From: an uncultured Bacteroidales bacterium
Lineage (GTDB): Bacteria > Bacteroidota > Bacteroidia > Bacteroidales > CAZLJX01
DNA length: 64,000 nt
NCBI GenBank assembly: GCA_964559985.1
Contig: CAZLJX010000007.1
Location: forward strand, 13-64,012
Direction of reading: 5' to 3'
Each line of letters opens with the position of its first letter. The first letter of the stretch is position 1. Made by a program: the position numbers and the translations under genes. The notes below the pieces were generated by a model. That model saw only the letters and a program-made list of their open reading frames with translations. It did no database searches and was not told the DNA's origin. Below, piece after piece: positions 46,921 through 58,772 of this stretch.

Positions 46921-48291
46921 TTATTTTCTTTCTTCGCAGAATTTTAGGTAAAAAGTAGCTATGGTCTCAATACCTTTGAAGTAATTCCAAAGTGGAAAAT
47001 TCTCATTGGGTGAATGGATGGCATCTGTGCCAAGCCCAAAGCCGAGCAGTAAGGATTTTAAGCCCAAAATTTCTTCAAAAGTTGCAATAATGGGAATGCT
47101 GCCTCCACTACGCACCGGTATAGGTTTTTTTTCGAATGTTTCCAAGTAAGCTTTTTCTGCAGCACGGTAAGGTGCAAAATCAGTTGGAGTTGAATAGGGC
47201 TGACCACCATGATGGGTTTGCACTTTAACTGTAACACAATCGGGAGCAATTTTCCGGAAATGGTCTTCAAACAATTTCCCTATTTTTTTATAATCCTGGT
47301 TAGCAACAAGACGCATTGATATTTTTGCATTGGCTTTTGAAGGCAGCACAGTTTTTGAACCTTCGCCGGTATAACCACTCCATATTCCGTTTACATCAAG
47401 GGTTGGCCTTATTCCGGTACGCTCAATGGTTGAATATCCTTTTTCGCCCCAAAGCGATTGTATACCCAACTCATTTTTATATTGTTCTTCAGAGAAAGGA
47501 GCTTTTGACATTTCGTCACGTTCGGTTGCACTGAACTGCAATACATCGTCATAAAATCCCGGGATAGTAATTCGTCCGGCGTCATCGTGCAACGATGCAA
47601 TAAGTTTACAGAGAATATTGGCCGGGTTAGCAACCGCACCTCCAAAAAGGCCTGAATGTAAATCATGATCGGGGCCTGTAACCTCGACCTCCATATATGC
47701 CAGGCCTCGTAGCCCAACAGTAATCGATGGAACATCCTGTGCAATCATGGATGTATCTGACACCAGGATAAAATCGGCTTTCAACATTTCTTTATGCTGC
47801 CGGCAAAAATCAGGCATACTTGTTGACCCGACTTCTTCTTCACCTTCAATCATGAATTTAACATTGCATTTCAACTGGTTGGTTTTAACAAGGTATTCAA
47901 ATGCTTTGGCATGCATCAATGACTGTCCTTTATCGTCGTCGGCGCCACGGGCAAAAATTTTACCATCACGGATTTCCGGTTCAAACGGATTTGATTTCCA
48001 CAAATCAAGCGGATCGACCGGCATAACATCCATGTGGGCATACACCAACACCGTTGGCAATGCGCTATCAATAATTTTTTCGCTATAAGTTACCGGATTA
48101 CCTTGAGTTTCAAAAACTTCAGCTTTATCGGCTCCGGCATTGAGCAACAGATTTTTCCAGCATTCAGCTGCTTTATACATATCGGGTTTGTGCTCAGGAA
48201 TGCTGCTTACCGATGGAATACGCAGCAATGTAAACAGCTCATCGATAAAACGCTGCCGGTTCTGATCGATGTATTGGTGAATCGTTTGCAT
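46921..48291 (-). CDS. M20-family dipeptidase
   Basis: YAHMDVMP, ARGADDDKGQ, IEGEEE, VSDT, DLHSG.FGG, GGSIPI, AIHSPNE. Confidence 0.93.
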   Translation of the reverse strand: MQTIHQYIDQNRQRFIDELFTLLRIPSVSSIPEHKPDMYKAAECWKNLLLNAGADKAEVFETQGNPVTYSEKIIDSALPTVLVYAHMDVMPVDPLDLWKSNPFEPEIRDGKIFARGADDDKGQSLMHAKAFEYLVKTNQLKCNVKFMIEGEEEVGSTSMPDFCRQHKEMLKADFILVSDTSMIAQDVPSITVGLRGLAYMEVEVTGPDHDLHSGLFGGAVANPANILCKLIASLHDDAGRITIPGFYDDVLQFSATERDEMSKAPFSEEQYKNELGIQSLWGEKGYSTIERTGIRPTLDVNGIWSGYTGEGSKTVLPSKANAKISMRLVANQDYKKIGKLFEDHFRKIAPDCVTVKVQTHHGGQPYSTPTDFAPYRAAEKAYLETFEKKPIPVRSGGSIPIIATFEEILGLKSLLLGFGLGTDAIHSPNENFPLWNYFKGIETIATFYLKFCEERK

Positions 48292-48297
48292 TGTTTT

Positions 48298-48900
48298 TCA
48301 GTATTTAATTTTCCCTTTGTACGAATTGGAAAGATATAAAGTAACCTGCAATCCTGCAATAGGATAATGCCTGGTCAGGTGGGCAAAAATACCAATTCCT
48401 ATTCCCATGTCGTAAACAGGTTTATACACCAGGTCAGCAGCAAGGTACAGCGATGGTTCAAAAAATGCTTTATAATATTTTGAACTATCTTCGATATGAT
48501 GAAAATTATAACCAATGGCACAACCCGGCCCGGCAATCAGGCTAAGGTTTACTGATGAATTTTCAAACCTGTATCCGCTACCCAGATGAAAACCTTTATG
48601 CGACTGGATAGAGGTTACAGTATCGTCACTGTTATGGAATAAAAAACTCTCGGCCTGGTAAACAAATCCCCCATTAATGATAAAACGGCTAACCGGAATA
48701 TAAAGCTCAGCCCTGAAATCCGATTCACGGTTGCGGTTCTTAAAGTTGTAGCCTTCGCCCATCGAAAGTGTAAGATAACTGGCATTTTTTCTGAATATCT
48801 TGTTGTCAATAATGGTGTCGCGGTCAGCATACTGAGCATTGCACAACGCAAATGACAAACCCAGCAATCCTGTTATCAAACCAAAAAACTTCAAGTACAT
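48298..48900 (-). CDS. Hypothetical exported protein, possibly a small beta-barrel
   Basis: Signal peptide; alternating aromatic/Gly beta-strand pattern (FHLGSGYRFE, GIGIGIFAHL, AGLQVTLYL). Confidence 0.6.
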   Translation of the reverse strand: MYLKFFGLITGLLGLSFALCNAQYADRDTIIDNKIFRKNASYLTLSMGEGYNFKNRNRESDFRAELYIPVSRFIINGGFVYQAESFLFHNSDDTVTSIQSHKGFHLGSGYRFENSSVNLSLIAGPGCAIGYNFHHIEDSSKYYKAFFEPSLYLAADLVYKPVYDMGIGIGIFAHLTRHYPIAGLQVTLYLSNSYKGKIKY

Positions 48901-49053
48901 TATTAATAATTTTTTTTAACCTGAGGCCAGATAATGGAAATAATGAAACAATCCATTTTTTAACTATGGCAAATATAATGTATTTCCAAACCGGAAAAAA
49001 TGTTACAACTTATGAAGTAAAAAATCGATTTATACGATGCGTAAAAACTAATA

Positions 49054-49635
49054 TTATTTTTCAAGCATTCCGGGTGGTAATGTACGAGCCACCAATTCAA
49101 GTTCGTTAAACCAGCCCTCACCATATTTTTGTATAAGCGCCTGCTTCAAAAACATATAGACAGGCATATCGGTTTTTTTCCCCAGGCAAACTGCATCTTT
49201 ACAGATTTGATTTTCATCGTAATTTACCGCTTCATAATTTTTATACATGGTAATTCTGACCGGATACAGAAAGCATGAAAGCGGTTTACGAAAAGAAATC
49301 ACTCCATCGCTAAACGCTTTTTCAATAGCACAGCGGGTGACATCGTTTTCTGTGTACGAATAGGCACAGTGCTGCTGGTGTATAAGCGGTGTAACATAAT
49401 CGCCATCGCTGTCGATGACATAGACACCGTGTTTTTCAATTGATTTTATACCTTCCGGGGTTAAATAAGGTTTTATAGAAAGATAAAGCTCATCAAGAAC
49501 AAGTAACTCGTCCTGTTCGAGTGGAGCCCCCGATGCCCCTTCAACACAACAGGCCCCTTTGCATTTCAGCAGGTCACAGGTAAATTTCTGTTTTATCAGG
49601 TCAAGACTGACGAGGGTCCGGCCAATTTCAATCAT
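49054..49635 (-). CDS. DUF3109-family Cys-rich protein
   Basis: FTCDLLKCKGACCVEGASGAPL, RCAIEKA, KPLSCFLYPVR, FLKQALIQKYGEGW. Confidence 0.88.
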   Translation of the reverse strand: MIEIGRTLVSLDLIKQKFTCDLLKCKGACCVEGASGAPLEQDELLVLDELYLSIKPYLTPEGIKSIEKHGVYVIDSDGDYVTPLIHQQHCAYSYTENDVTRCAIEKAFSDGVISFRKPLSCFLYPVRITMYKNYEAVNYDENQICKDAVCLGKKTDMPVYMFLKQALIQKYGEGWFNELELVARTLPPGMLEK

Positions 49636-49637
49636 AT

Positions 49638-51164
49638 TCAGGTCAGAAGCAACGATTTTCCTTTCATGATGGTGGGTTGCGCAAGCCCCATTAACTGAAT
49701 GATGGTAGGAGCCACATCGGCAAGAATACCTGGTTGAATGGCCTTAAACCGTTCAGATACCAGCAGTGATGGAACCGGATTTGTACTGTGGTTTGTATTT
49801 GGCGATCCATCTTCGTTAAGGGCCATATCGGCATTGCCATGATCGGCAATGAGCAATACCTCGTACCCGTTTTTTAAGGCAGCATCAACCACTTCTCCCA
49901 CACAACTGTCAACGGTTTCAACCGCCCTGATGATGGCATTGTAAACCCCTGTATGCCCTACCATATCACCATTGGCAAAATTCACACAAATAAAATGATG
50001 GGTTTGTTTATTTATCTGTCCTATTAATGCTTCTTTCACCTCAATAGCACTCATTTCAGGTTTCATATCATAGGTCGGAACCTTAGGTGAAGGTATCAGG
50101 ATACGTTTTTCATTACAAAATTCTGTTTCACGTCCCCCGCTGAAAAAAAAGGTTACATGGGCATATTTTTCTGTTTCGGCAATTCGCAGCTGGTTTAAAC
50201 CCGCCTTTGAAACAATCTCACCCAGGGTGTCGGTCAGGTTGTCTTTTTCGAAAATAACTTCCACATCATTAAATTTATCATCATACCTTGTCATGGTAAG
50301 GTAACGTAATGGAATGGTATAAAGTCCATGTTCAATGATATCCCGTTGGGAAAGGGCAATGGTCATTTCCCTGAGTCTGTCGGTACGGAAGTTGAAACAG
50401 AAAACCACATCGCCTTCCTCAATGGTGGCTAAAGGTTTGCCATCCTGACCCGTAACAACAATAGGTTTAATAAACTCATCGGTAACATTTTCATCGTATG
50501 ACTCCTTCATAGCCTGCAGCGGGTCGGTAGTAAATTTTCCTGTGCCATTCACCAGCATATCATAGGCAATTTTAATCCTTTCCCACCGGTTATCGCGGTC
50601 CATGGCGTAGTAACGTCCAACTACCGATGCAATTTTACCTGATGAAGCAGAAAGATGTTGCTGGAGGTTCTTCATGTAACCTAATCCGCTCCTTGGATCT
50701 GTATCGCGACCATCGGTAAAGGCATGGATAAATAAATTTTCAATTCCCATAGCATGGGCTACATCGCAAATGGCATATAAATGGGTATCCATCGAATGCA
50801 CCCCACCATCGGAAACCAGGCCGAGCAGGTGAATTTTTTTTCCGAATTCTTTGGCATACTGAAAAGCTTCGTTAAGAATGGGATGTGAAGCAAAACTGCC
50901 ATCTTTGATAGCCAGATTAATGCGAACAAGGTCCTGGTAAACAACACGTCCGGCTCCGATATTCAGATGACCAACCTCACTGTTACCCATTTGTCCTTCA
51001 GGCAGACCAACGTGCTCGCCGCTTGCATTCAGAAACGAGTTCGGGTATTTTTCAAAAAGTTTGTCCATGTGAGGTGTGTTGGCTGAAAAAATAGCATCGC
51101 TGGCATCTTTTTTACCTATTCCCCATCCATCAAGTATGATTAAAATTACTTTATTGTTTTCCAT
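49638..51164 (-). CDS. gpmI: 2,3-bisphosphoglycerate-independent phosphoglycerate mutase
   Basis: [18 protein letters not shown] (catalytic Ser), [40 protein letters not shown]. Confidence 0.98.
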   Translation of the reverse strand: MENNKVILIILDGWGIGKKDASDAIFSANTPHMDKLFEKYPNSFLNASGEHVGLPEGQMGNSEVGHLNIGAGRVVYQDLVRINLAIKDGSFASHPILNEAFQYAKEFGKKIHLLGLVSDGGVHSMDTHLYAICDVAHAMGIENLFIHAFTDGRDTDPRSGLGYMKNLQQHLSASSGKIASVVGRYYAMDRDNRWERIKIAYDMLVNGTGKFTTDPLQAMKESYDENVTDEFIKPIVVTGQDGKPLATIEEGDVVFCFNFRTDRLREMTIALSQRDIIEHGLYTIPLRYLTMTRYDDKFNDVEVIFEKDNLTDTLGEIVSKAGLNQLRIAETEKYAHVTFFFSGGRETEFCNEKRILIPSPKVPTYDMKPEMSAIEVKEALIGQINKQTHHFICVNFANGDMVGHTGVYNAIIRAVETVDSCVGEVVDAALKNGYEVLLIADHGNADMALNEDGSPNTNHSTNPVPSLLVSERFKAIQPGILADVAPTIIQLMGLAQPTIMKGKSLLLT

Positions 51165-51167
51165 GTA

Positions 51168-51983
51168 TCAGATAGCATTGATTAATTCTGTAATAATGGC
51201 GGTCATTTTTGGTTCTGCCTCTCCAGCAACATTCTGTACTTCCTCATGGGTGGTTTCATCTTCGGGTTTATCTTTTTGTGCCACATTGGTAATGATTGAC
51301 ATGCCAAAAACCTTTATTCCCATGTGATGAGCCACAATCACTTCGGGAACAGTAGACATACCGGTAGCATCAGCTCCCCAAAGCCTGAACATACGATATT
51401 CGGCAGGTGTTTCCAAAGTTGGTCCGCTACTGCCTATATAAACACCCTTTTGCACTTTAATGTTCAGCTTTCCGGCAATTTGTTCTGCCATAGCAATATA
51501 ACCAGGGAAATAGGTCTGCGACATATCGGGAAACCTGGTGCCCAGTTCATTGTAGTTCTTACCGCGTAAAGGATGTTGCGGGAAAAAATTGATATGATCG
51601 GTGATAATCATCAGATCGCCTGCTTTAAAGGCAGGGTTTAGCCCACCGGCTGCATTTGAAACAATCAGGGTTTTTATGCCAAGGAACTTCATGACACGAA
51701 TCGGGAAAGTGACCAGGTTCATATCATAACCTTCATAAAAATGAAACCTGCCCTGCATGGCTACCACTTTTTTATTTCCCAGTTTACCAAAAATCAAACG
51801 CCCGGAATGGCCTTCAACCGTAGAGACCGGGAAATTTGGAATATCTTGGTATTCAAATATATAACTTGCTTCAATTTTTGTTCCCAGTCCACCAAGTCCG
51901 CTTCCAAGGACAATTCCTGCTTCCGGCTCAAAACCGGTACGCTGACTTAAAAAAGCCGCTGTTTCTTTGTATTTTTCAATCAT
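51168..51983 (-). CDS. punA: Purine-nucleoside phosphorylase (trimeric type)
   Basis: IVLGSGLG, STVEGHSG, MQGRFHFYEGY, GPTLETPAE, GMSTVPE, IITN. Confidence 0.95.
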   Translation of the reverse strand: MIEKYKETAAFLSQRTGFEPEAGIVLGSGLGGLGTKIEASYIFEYQDIPNFPVSTVEGHSGRLIFGKLGNKKVVAMQGRFHFYEGYDMNLVTFPIRVMKFLGIKTLIVSNAAGGLNPAFKAGDLMIITDHINFFPQHPLRGKNYNELGTRFPDMSQTYFPGYIAMAEQIAGKLNIKVQKGVYIGSSGPTLETPAEYRMFRLWGADATGMSTVPEVIVAHHMGIKVFGMSIITNVAQKDKPEDETTHEEVQNVAGEAEPKMTAIITELINAI

Positions 51984-52039
51984 AATCAGTGAATTTTGAA
52001 AATAAAAAGTGCAATTTATCCGAAAAACCTCAATTATTC

Positions 52040-52070
52040 AAAAAAAAACCCGGCATTTTAAAACCGGGTT
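52040..52070 (-). terminator. Intrinsic terminator after tRNA-Phe
   Basis: Minus strand AACCCGG-TTTTAAAATG-CCGGGTT followed by a T-run. Confidence 0.85.
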
Positions 52071-52080
52071 CTTTTAAGGG

Positions 52081-52153
<73 letters not shown>

Positions 52154-52171
52154 CTTTTTAAAAATGCAGGG

Positions 52172-52179
52172 CAAAGATA
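52172..52179 (-). promoter_or_regulatory. Promoter -7 element for tRNA-Phe
   Basis: TATCTTTG on the minus strand, 18 bp upstream of the tRNA. Confidence 0.7.
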
Positions 52180-52369
52180 CAAGAAAGAAATTATGATACA
52201 ATATCTGTTTGAAAAAAAATATTAAAATATTAGTAAATAATAAGTTATGACTATTTCTTGCTTTTTAGGTATGCTGATATCATCCGGTTTCAGGATGTCT
52301 GAAATAAAGATCATAAAAAATCTTTTATCAACAAGGTGTCGATTTCTTTTTTTCAGAAACCCGTAGTTA

Positions 52370-55033
52370 ATGCTTAATTTTGTGGTTTCCCGGAGTATCA
52401 GGTTTTTAAAATCAATTAAATTGTCGTCAGATAATTACGTAAATACACCCTTGATGAAGCAGTACCGGATGTTTAAATCAAAACATCCCGATGCTATTTT
52501 ATTATTCAGGGTTGGCGATTTTTACGAAACATTCGGACAGGATGCTATCAAAGCGTCTGAAATACTTGGTATTACACTTACACGACGTGCCAACGGATCG
52601 GCTTCATTTGTCGAACTGGCTGGTTTTCCGTACCATGCGCTCGATACTTATCTTCCAAGGTTAGTAAGGGCCGGACAGCGTGTTGCCATCTGCGAACAAC
52701 TTGAAGACCCCAAACTGGCCAAAGGAATTGTAAAACGAGGAATTACCGAAATGGTTACTCCCGGTGTTTCTATCAATGATCATATCCTTAACCACCGTGA
52801 AAATAATTTCCTGGCAGCTTTTTATCCTGATAAAAATATGGCCGGTGTGGCTTTTCTCGATATTTCCACCGGTGAATTTTATACCGCCGAAGGGAATTTT
52901 GATTATATCGACAAACTGATGCAAACCCTCAATCCGAAAGAAATTTTATACGAACGGAGTAAAAAAGCAAGGTTTGCCGAGCTTTTTGGCGATCAGTTTT
53001 ACAGCTACCCGCTCGACGAATGGATTTTCAACCTCGATACAGCAACCGATCGCCTGCAAAAACAATTTGAAACACAAACGCTGAAAGGTTTTGGTATTCA
53101 ATCTTTCAATGCCGGTATTGTTGCTGCCGGTGCTATCCTTTTTTACCTCGATCTTACCAGTCACGAAAATCTTAAAAATATTACCGGCATTTCGCGCATC
53201 GATCAGGATCAGTATGTTTGGCTCGATAAATTCACTATACGCAACCTTGAACTATTTGCTCCGTTAAATGAAAATGGCAAAGCTTTGGCTGATGTAATTG
53301 ACCGTACACTAAGCCCGATGGGATCAAGGATGCTGAAAAGATGGATTGCCCTGCCTCTGAAAAATACAGCCTTTATTAATGAAAGACTCGATGTAATTGA
53401 ATATCTGGTTCATAACAAGGAAATAAAACAACAATTTCAGTCACATATCAAAATCATTGGTGACCTCGAGCGCATCATCACCAAAGTGGCTATGCAGCGT
53501 GTTACACCCCGCGAACTGCTTCAGCTTGGCATGGCGCTTAATGGTGTTACCGAAGTAAAAAACCTGGCTTCAGAGTCATCCTGTGATGCGCTGAAACGTA
53601 TTGCAGAACAATTAAATCCATGTTTTTCAGTTCGCGACCGTATTCTTGCCGAGATCAATCCCGAATGTCCAAACCAGCTGGTAAAAGGAGGTGTTATTGC
53701 CACAGGAATTTCTGAAGAACTTGACCAGTTGCGTCAGATTGCTTTTTCAGGAAAAGATTTTCTGCTAAAAATACAGGAAAGAGAAATTCTCAGCACAGGA
53801 ATTAATTCACTAAAAATAAGCTTTAACAACGTTTTCGGCTATTACATCGAAGTACGTAATACCCACAAAGATAAAGTTCCGCCCGAATGGATACGCAAGC
53901 AAACCCTTGTGAGTGCCGAACGTTACATCACCCCTGAACTGAAAGAATACGAAGAAAAAATTCTGGGTGCCGAAGAAAAAATTGTTAGCCTTGAAACAAA
54001 CCTTTTTAATCAGCTGGTTGCCGATATTGGCGGGTATATCGAAGCCATTCAGCTCGACGCTACACTCATAGCCCGTATCGATTGCTTCTGGTCACTGGCT
54101 GAAGTCGCCATGCAAAACAATTATTGCAGGCCAGAGATAAACGAATCGCTGGTGATAGATATATGCGAAGGAAGGCATCCGGTAATTGAAAAACAACTAC
54201 CTGTTGGTGAGCCCTATATTACCAATGATGTACTGCTCGATGAAAACGATCAACAGATCATTATTGTCACAGGACCTAATATGGCCGGAAAATCTGCTTT
54301 GTTGCGACAAACAGCCCTGATTGTGCTTTTGGCCCAAGTGGGTTCATTTGTGCCTGCAAAAAGTGCTTCTATCGGCATGGTAGATAAAATTTTCACCCGT
54401 GTCGGAGCATCCGATAATATCTCCCTGGGCGAATCAACATTTATGGTGGAAATGAATGAAGCTTCGAGCATTCTCAATAATCTTTCACCCCGCAGCCTGG
54501 TTCTTTTTGACGAACTGGGGCGCGGAACCAGCACCTACGACGGAATTTCAATAGCCTGGGCTATTGTGGAATATATTCACGAACATCCCTATGCAAAAGC
54601 AAAAACATTGTTTGCTACGCATTACCACGAATTGAACGAGATGGAAAAATCGTTTGCAAGGGTAAAAAATTATAATGTTTCAGTCAGAGAGGTGGGCAAT
54701 AAAGTGATTTTTCTGCGCAAACTTGTCAAGGGAGGTTCGGAACATAGCTTTGGCATTCATGTAGCCCGAATGGCAGGGATGCCCAAAAGTGTTGTAACCA
54801 GGGCTGAAAAAATTCTTGCTGATTTTGAAACCGAAAACCGGAAAGGTAACCTTGCCAAACCTGTCGACAAACTGGCATCGCACCGCGAAGGCTACCAGCT
54901 TTCGATTTTCCAGCTCGACGACCCTGTATTGAAACAAATACGCGACCAGATAAAAAACATCGATATCAACAACCTTACACCCGTTGAAGCCCTGAATAAA
55001 CTGAATGAAATAAAAAAAATTACCGGGCTGTAA
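52370..55033 (+). CDS. mutS: DNA mismatch repair protein MutS
   Basis: [72 protein letters not shown]. True start may be TTG 52421. Confidence 0.98.
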   Translation: MLNFVVSRSIRFLKSIKLSSDNYVNTPLMKQYRMFKSKHPDAILLFRVGDFYETFGQDAIKASEILGITLTRRANGSASFVELAGFPYHALDTYLPRLVRAGQRVAICEQLEDPKLAKGIVKRGITEMVTPGVSINDHILNHRENNFLAAFYPDKNMAGVAFLDISTGEFYTAEGNFDYIDKLMQTLNPKEILYERSKKARFAELFGDQFYSYPLDEWIFNLDTATDRLQKQFETQTLKGFGIQSFNAGIVAAGAILFYLDLTSHENLKNITGISRIDQDQYVWLDKFTIRNLELFAPLNENGKALADVIDRTLSPMGSRMLKRWIALPLKNTAFINERLDVIEYLVHNKEIKQQFQSHIKIIGDLERIITKVAMQRVTPRELLQLGMALNGVTEVKNLASESSCDALKRIAEQLNPCFSVRDRILAEINPECPNQLVKGGVIATGISEELDQLRQIAFSGKDFLLKIQEREILSTGINSLKISFNNVFGYYIEVRNTHKDKVPPEWIRKQTLVSAERYITPELKEYEEKILGAEEKIVSLETNLFNQLVADIGGYIEAIQLDATLIARIDCFWSLAEVAMQNNYCRPEINESLVIDICEGRHPVIEKQLPVGEPYITNDVLLDENDQQIIIVTGPNMAGKSALLRQTALIVLLAQVGSFVPAKSASIGMVDKIFTRVGASDNISLGESTFMVEMNEASSILNNLSPRSLVLFDELGRGTSTYDGISIAWAIVEYIHEHPYAKAKTLFATHYHELNEMEKSFARVKNYNVSVREVGNKVIFLRKLVKGGSEHSFGIHVARMAGMPKSVVTRAEKILADFETENRKGNLAKPVDKLASHREGYQLSIFQLDDPVLKQIRDQIKNIDINNLTPVEALNKLNEIKKITGL

Positions 55034-55034
55034 T

Positions 55035-55077
55035 CCTGAAATATCAAATATAACGATTGAGAGGTATTTCAGGTTTT
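55035..55077 (+). terminator. Possible terminator hairpin after mutS
   Basis: CCTGAAATA...TATTTCAGG 9-bp stem, large loop, followed by TTTT. Confidence 0.4.
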
Positions 55078-55241
55078 GCCAATAAAAATCCTGTACTGCT
55101 GCAATATATTATCATCCTTGAGATTTCTTTGTGATTGTATAGAAACCGTAACGGGAAATGGGTATCAATTACTATAGTAGCGAAGTATGAGCGTAATTCA
55201 GACCCTGTTTAATACCTCAAATGCTTTCCAAAGGCACAATA

Positions 55242-55661
55242 TTAAAACAACAACTTGTCCTTCTTTTTCAAAGTTGCCGGGTTTATGGTTACCACCATGG
55301 TGAACGCAGCTGTTTTGCGCAGCAGGGTTATGATTTTTTCTTCGCTACGCACGGGAAAAGAAGCCTGTATTTTTAAAAAATAATCGATGTTTTTCAATTC
55401 GGGCAAATAGTAAAAATTCTGGTAACGGTTTGCAACAAGCTGGTATGTACACATTGCCACTGTATCATCAAAAACAAACCTGTGAAAATGAATGTTTTCA
55501 ACTTCGGGGTGGGTTTGCAGGGGTTCTGCCTCAGTCATGGTAATTTTAAGGGTTTTGTTTATCATATTGCAGATAGCAGCAGGCATTTCAGTTGAAACAA
55601 GTCCGAAAAGCAGGAAATGAAAATCAGGCTCCAGGATCAGCTTTGGCTTGGCCTTTATCAT
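55242..55661 (-). CDS. IPExxxVDY-family protein
   Basis: YYLPELKNIDYFLKI matches the family motif; usual position downstream of rnc in Bacteroidota. Confidence 0.75.
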   Translation of the reverse strand: MIKAKPKLILEPDFHFLLFGLVSTEMPAAICNMINKTLKITMTEAEPLQTHPEVENIHFHRFVFDDTVAMCTYQLVANRYQNFYYLPELKNIDYFLKIQASFPVRSEEKIITLLRKTAAFTMVVTINPATLKKKDKLLF

Positions 55662-55681
55662 AATATTTAATTTTGAAGGCT

Positions 55682-56425
55682 TTATTGCCTCATTGATGGA
55701 TGAAATAAAAAATCGGATTTTTCGAGTGCTTCCCTGGATGCATTTTGTTCAGCTTCTTTTTTTGAGCATCCCGATCCTGTTCCGGCAAGCTGGTTACCGA
55801 TAAAAATTTCGGATATAAAAACCGGGTTGTTTTTGGTACTATCCGGTTCCTGAAATGTATCGAAAGTAATATGCAATTTGCATTTCTGGATATGCTCAAG
55901 CAGCAGGCTTTTAAAATTAGAATCTAAAACACGTATTTTTTCCAGGTCAATATATTTGGTTAAAATCTGCTCAGTAAAAAAATGATAAGCCGTTTTATAT
56001 CCTTTATCAACAAATATGGCACCTATGAGTGCTTCAAAAGCATCGCCAAAAATGTGTTTTTTCGAAGTGGCCGAACCGGGATAGCGGATAAGTCTCCAGA
56101 GTCCGGTTTTCATCGACAGTTCGTACAGAATTTCTCCATTCACAATGCGTGAACGCATTACTGTAAGAAAACCTTCGTTCTGATCGGGATAAATTTTAAA
56201 CAGGTATTCAGCAACAATGGCATCCAGAACGGCATCACCAAGAAATTCAAGCCTTTCATTATTTTCAGTGGTAATCTTATAAGTATTTCCCAAAGAACGG
56301 TGTGTCAGGGCAATCCGGTAAAGTTGAATGTTATTTGGCTCAAAACCAACAATATTACTTATCAACCTGCGGAATTCCTTTTCAGGAGAAAGAAAATATT
56401 TTAGCTTAATAAGTACCTTAAGCAC
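55682..56425 (-). CDS. rnc: Ribonuclease III
   Basis: ALTHRS, NERLEFLGDAVL, GDAFEALIGAIFVDKG, dsRBD with GSGCSKKEAEQNA. Confidence 0.97.
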   Translation of the reverse strand: MLKVLIKLKYFLSPEKEFRRLISNIVGFEPNNIQLYRIALTHRSLGNTYKITTENNERLEFLGDAVLDAIVAEYLFKIYPDQNEGFLTVMRSRIVNGEILYELSMKTGLWRLIRYPGSATSKKHIFGDAFEALIGAIFVDKGYKTAYHFFTEQILTKYIDLEKIRVLDSNFKSLLLEHIQKCKLHITFDTFQEPDSTKNNPVFISEIFIGNQLAGTGSGCSKKEAEQNASREALEKSDFLFHPSMRQ

Positions 56426-56428
56426 AGG

Positions 56429-57682
56429 TTATTTTGAAAACTTTTTAAAAATAACAGAAGCATTATGACCACCAAAGCCAAAAGTGTTGCTGAGCGCTAT
56501 GTTGACAGGGCGTTTTTGGGCCACATTTGGTGTCAGGTTTAATTTCGGATCGATGTTGGGATCCACATTTTTCAGATTAATGGTCGGAGGCACAGTATCG
56601 TGCAAAATAGCAAAAATGGTAGCCAATGCTTCAACGGCTCCGGCTGCTCCAAGCAAATGCCCGGTCATTGATTTGGTTGAACTGATATTCAGCTTGTAGG
56701 CATGTTCACCAAAAACTTTAATAATGGCTTGCAGTTCAGCAACATCCCCAAGAGGTGTGGCGGTGCCATGTACATTGATATAATCAATATCTTCGGGTTT
56801 GATACCGGCATCGTTGATGGCATTCTGCATTACCTTGGCAGCTCCCAGACCTTCGGGATGCGGTGCTGTAAGGTGGTAAGCATCGGCGCTCATTCCGGTA
56901 CCAATTACTTCGGCATAAATGCGTGCTCCACGCTGAATGGCGTGCTCGTATTCTTCCAGAATAAAGGCAACACCACCTTCGCCCATTACAAAACCATCGC
57001 GTGACACATCGAAGGGACGTGAAGCGGTAAGATATTCCTCGTTGTTGGTGGAAATGGCCTGCATGGCATTAAAACCACCCATTCCGGCTTCATTTATTGC
57101 TGCTTCAGATCCGCCTGTAACAAATATTTTGGCTTTGCCCAGCCGGATATAGTTGGTAGCATCAATGATGGCATTTGATGAAGAAGCACAGGCTGAAACT
57201 GTTACAAAATTAGGCCCCCTGAAATTATATTTCATGGAAATATGTCCGGCAGCAATATCGCTGATCATCTTCGGGATAAAGAAAGGGCTGAAGCGGGGAT
57301 TATAATCCCCTGCAACATAACCTTTCACTTCTTCGTAGCAAGCATTAATTCCACCTATACCCGAACCCCAGATAACTCCTGCCATATCATGGTCAATGGT
57401 CTCAAGGTTAAGACCAGAATCCTTGATGGCCTGATCCGCTGATACAAGGGCATACTGTGCAAATAAATCAAGCTTTTTTGCTTCCTTACGGTCAAAATGT
57501 GTTCCCGGATCATAATTTTTAACTTCACAGGCAAATTTGGTTTTAAACCTCGATGAATCGTAATGGGTTATCGGACCTGCACCGCTAACACCTTTTTCAA
57601 TGTTTTCAAAAAACTCTTTGACATTGTTTCCGATTGGCGTAATAGCACCTAATCCAGTAACAACTACCCGTTTCAATTCCAT
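56429..57682 (-). CDS. fabF: 3-oxoacyl-ACP synthase II
   Basis: MELKRVVVTGLG, VSACASS (catalytic Cys), FVMGEG, NVHGTATPLGD, TKSMTGHLLGAAG, SNTFGFGGHN. Confidence 0.98.
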   Translation of the reverse strand: MELKRVVVTGLGAITPIGNNVKEFFENIEKGVSGAGPITHYDSSRFKTKFACEVKNYDPGTHFDRKEAKKLDLFAQYALVSADQAIKDSGLNLETIDHDMAGVIWGSGIGGINACYEEVKGYVAGDYNPRFSPFFIPKMISDIAAGHISMKYNFRGPNFVTVSACASSSNAIIDATNYIRLGKAKIFVTGGSEAAINEAGMGGFNAMQAISTNNEEYLTASRPFDVSRDGFVMGEGGVAFILEEYEHAIQRGARIYAEVIGTGMSADAYHLTAPHPEGLGAAKVMQNAINDAGIKPEDIDYINVHGTATPLGDVAELQAIIKVFGEHAYKLNISSTKSMTGHLLGAAGAVEALATIFAILHDTVPPTINLKNVDPNIDPKLNLTPNVAQKRPVNIALSNTFGFGGHNASVIFKKFSK

Positions 57683-57743
57683 ACAATTCACCTTTAAATG
57701 AAGTCAAAAAAAAATACTGTTAATGCAAAAAATTCAGCAGTCC

Positions 57744-57980
57744 TTATTTTGCATTGGCTTCGATATAGGAAATGGCATCTCCTACCGTGCCGATTTTTTC
57801 AGCCTGATCGTCAGGAATGGCAATATTGAATTCTTTTTCAAATTCCATAATTAATTCAACCGTGTCAAGAGAGTCTGCGCCTAAATCGTTTGTAAAACTT
57901 GCAGTTGGAACTACTTCGTTTTCATCAACGCCTAATTTATCTACAATGATAGCTTTTACTCTTGTTGAAATGTCAGACAT
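57744..57980 (-). CDS. acpP: Acyl carrier protein
   Basis: [20 protein letters not shown] (phosphopantetheine Ser). Confidence 0.99.
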   Translation of the reverse strand: MSDISTRVKAIIVDKLGVDENEVVPTASFTNDLGADSLDTVELIMEFEKEFNIAIPDDQAEKIGTVGDAISYIEANAK

Positions 57981-58130
57981 AGTTTTAGGTTTTTTAGTTA
58001 GTACTCATTTTTAAATAAAAATAATGGGCAAAGAAATGAATTTACCGAAAATAAAAAAAATAAATTGCGAAAAATGTTCATCAGGTCGGTCAAAAAAAAA
58101 TGCAACATATTAATTTTCATATTTATACAA

Positions 58131-58724
58131 TCAGAATGGTGGTTCCGGCTTCAGGGAATTTGCTTCGGCGGTATCAAATTTTGAAATTCCACCCGATACT
58201 ATAAATTTCATAATATCAGCTGCATTGCCTTCCAGCAGGGTTATTTTTGATTTCGGAACAATATACAATTCTCCAAGCATTCCGTATGAACTTGGAAAAT
58301 AAACAGCAGCCTTTTCGCTTTCGGGTTGCATGAAATGTAACTCATCCTGGGTAAGAAATCCAAGCCGTTCCATATCATTGCCTACTTTTACCAGTACCGG
58401 AATGTTAAATTTTTTCTCTTTTCCGACAAATGCCGAAAAAAGATCTTTGACAGAAGTGTACATCAATTTTATCAGTGGAGCCTTGTCAATCATCTTAAAA
58501 AACACATTCATGGCTGGTTGCGTGATGATAATTTTAGTAAGAAATCCCATCAAGGTTATTCCCGATATGAGTACCAGTAATCCCAGCCCCGGAAACTCAA
58601 AATCCAAAAGATTATCGACAAATTTAAAAACCTGGAAAATAATATATAGTGTTACAGCGATGGGCCCGATAAAAATAAGCCCCTGAAAAAAATATCCTGG
58701 TAGTTTTCTGATGAATGCTTTCAT
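58131..58724 (-). CDS. DUF502-family membrane protein
   Basis: FFQGLIFIGPIAVT, PLIKLMYTSVKD, VYFPSSY, IMKFIVSGG. Confidence 0.85.
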   Translation of the reverse strand: MKAFIRKLPGYFFQGLIFIGPIAVTLYIIFQVFKFVDNLLDFEFPGLGLLVLISGITLMGFLTKIIITQPAMNVFFKMIDKAPLIKLMYTSVKDLFSAFVGKEKKFNIPVLVKVGNDMERLGFLTQDELHFMQPESEKAAVYFPSSYGMLGELYIVPKSKITLLEGNAADIMKFIVSGGISKFDTAEANSLKPEPPF

Positions 58725-58772
58725 AATGGTATTTTTTAAATAAATAATGTTTTTTTATCAATGCATCTCATT

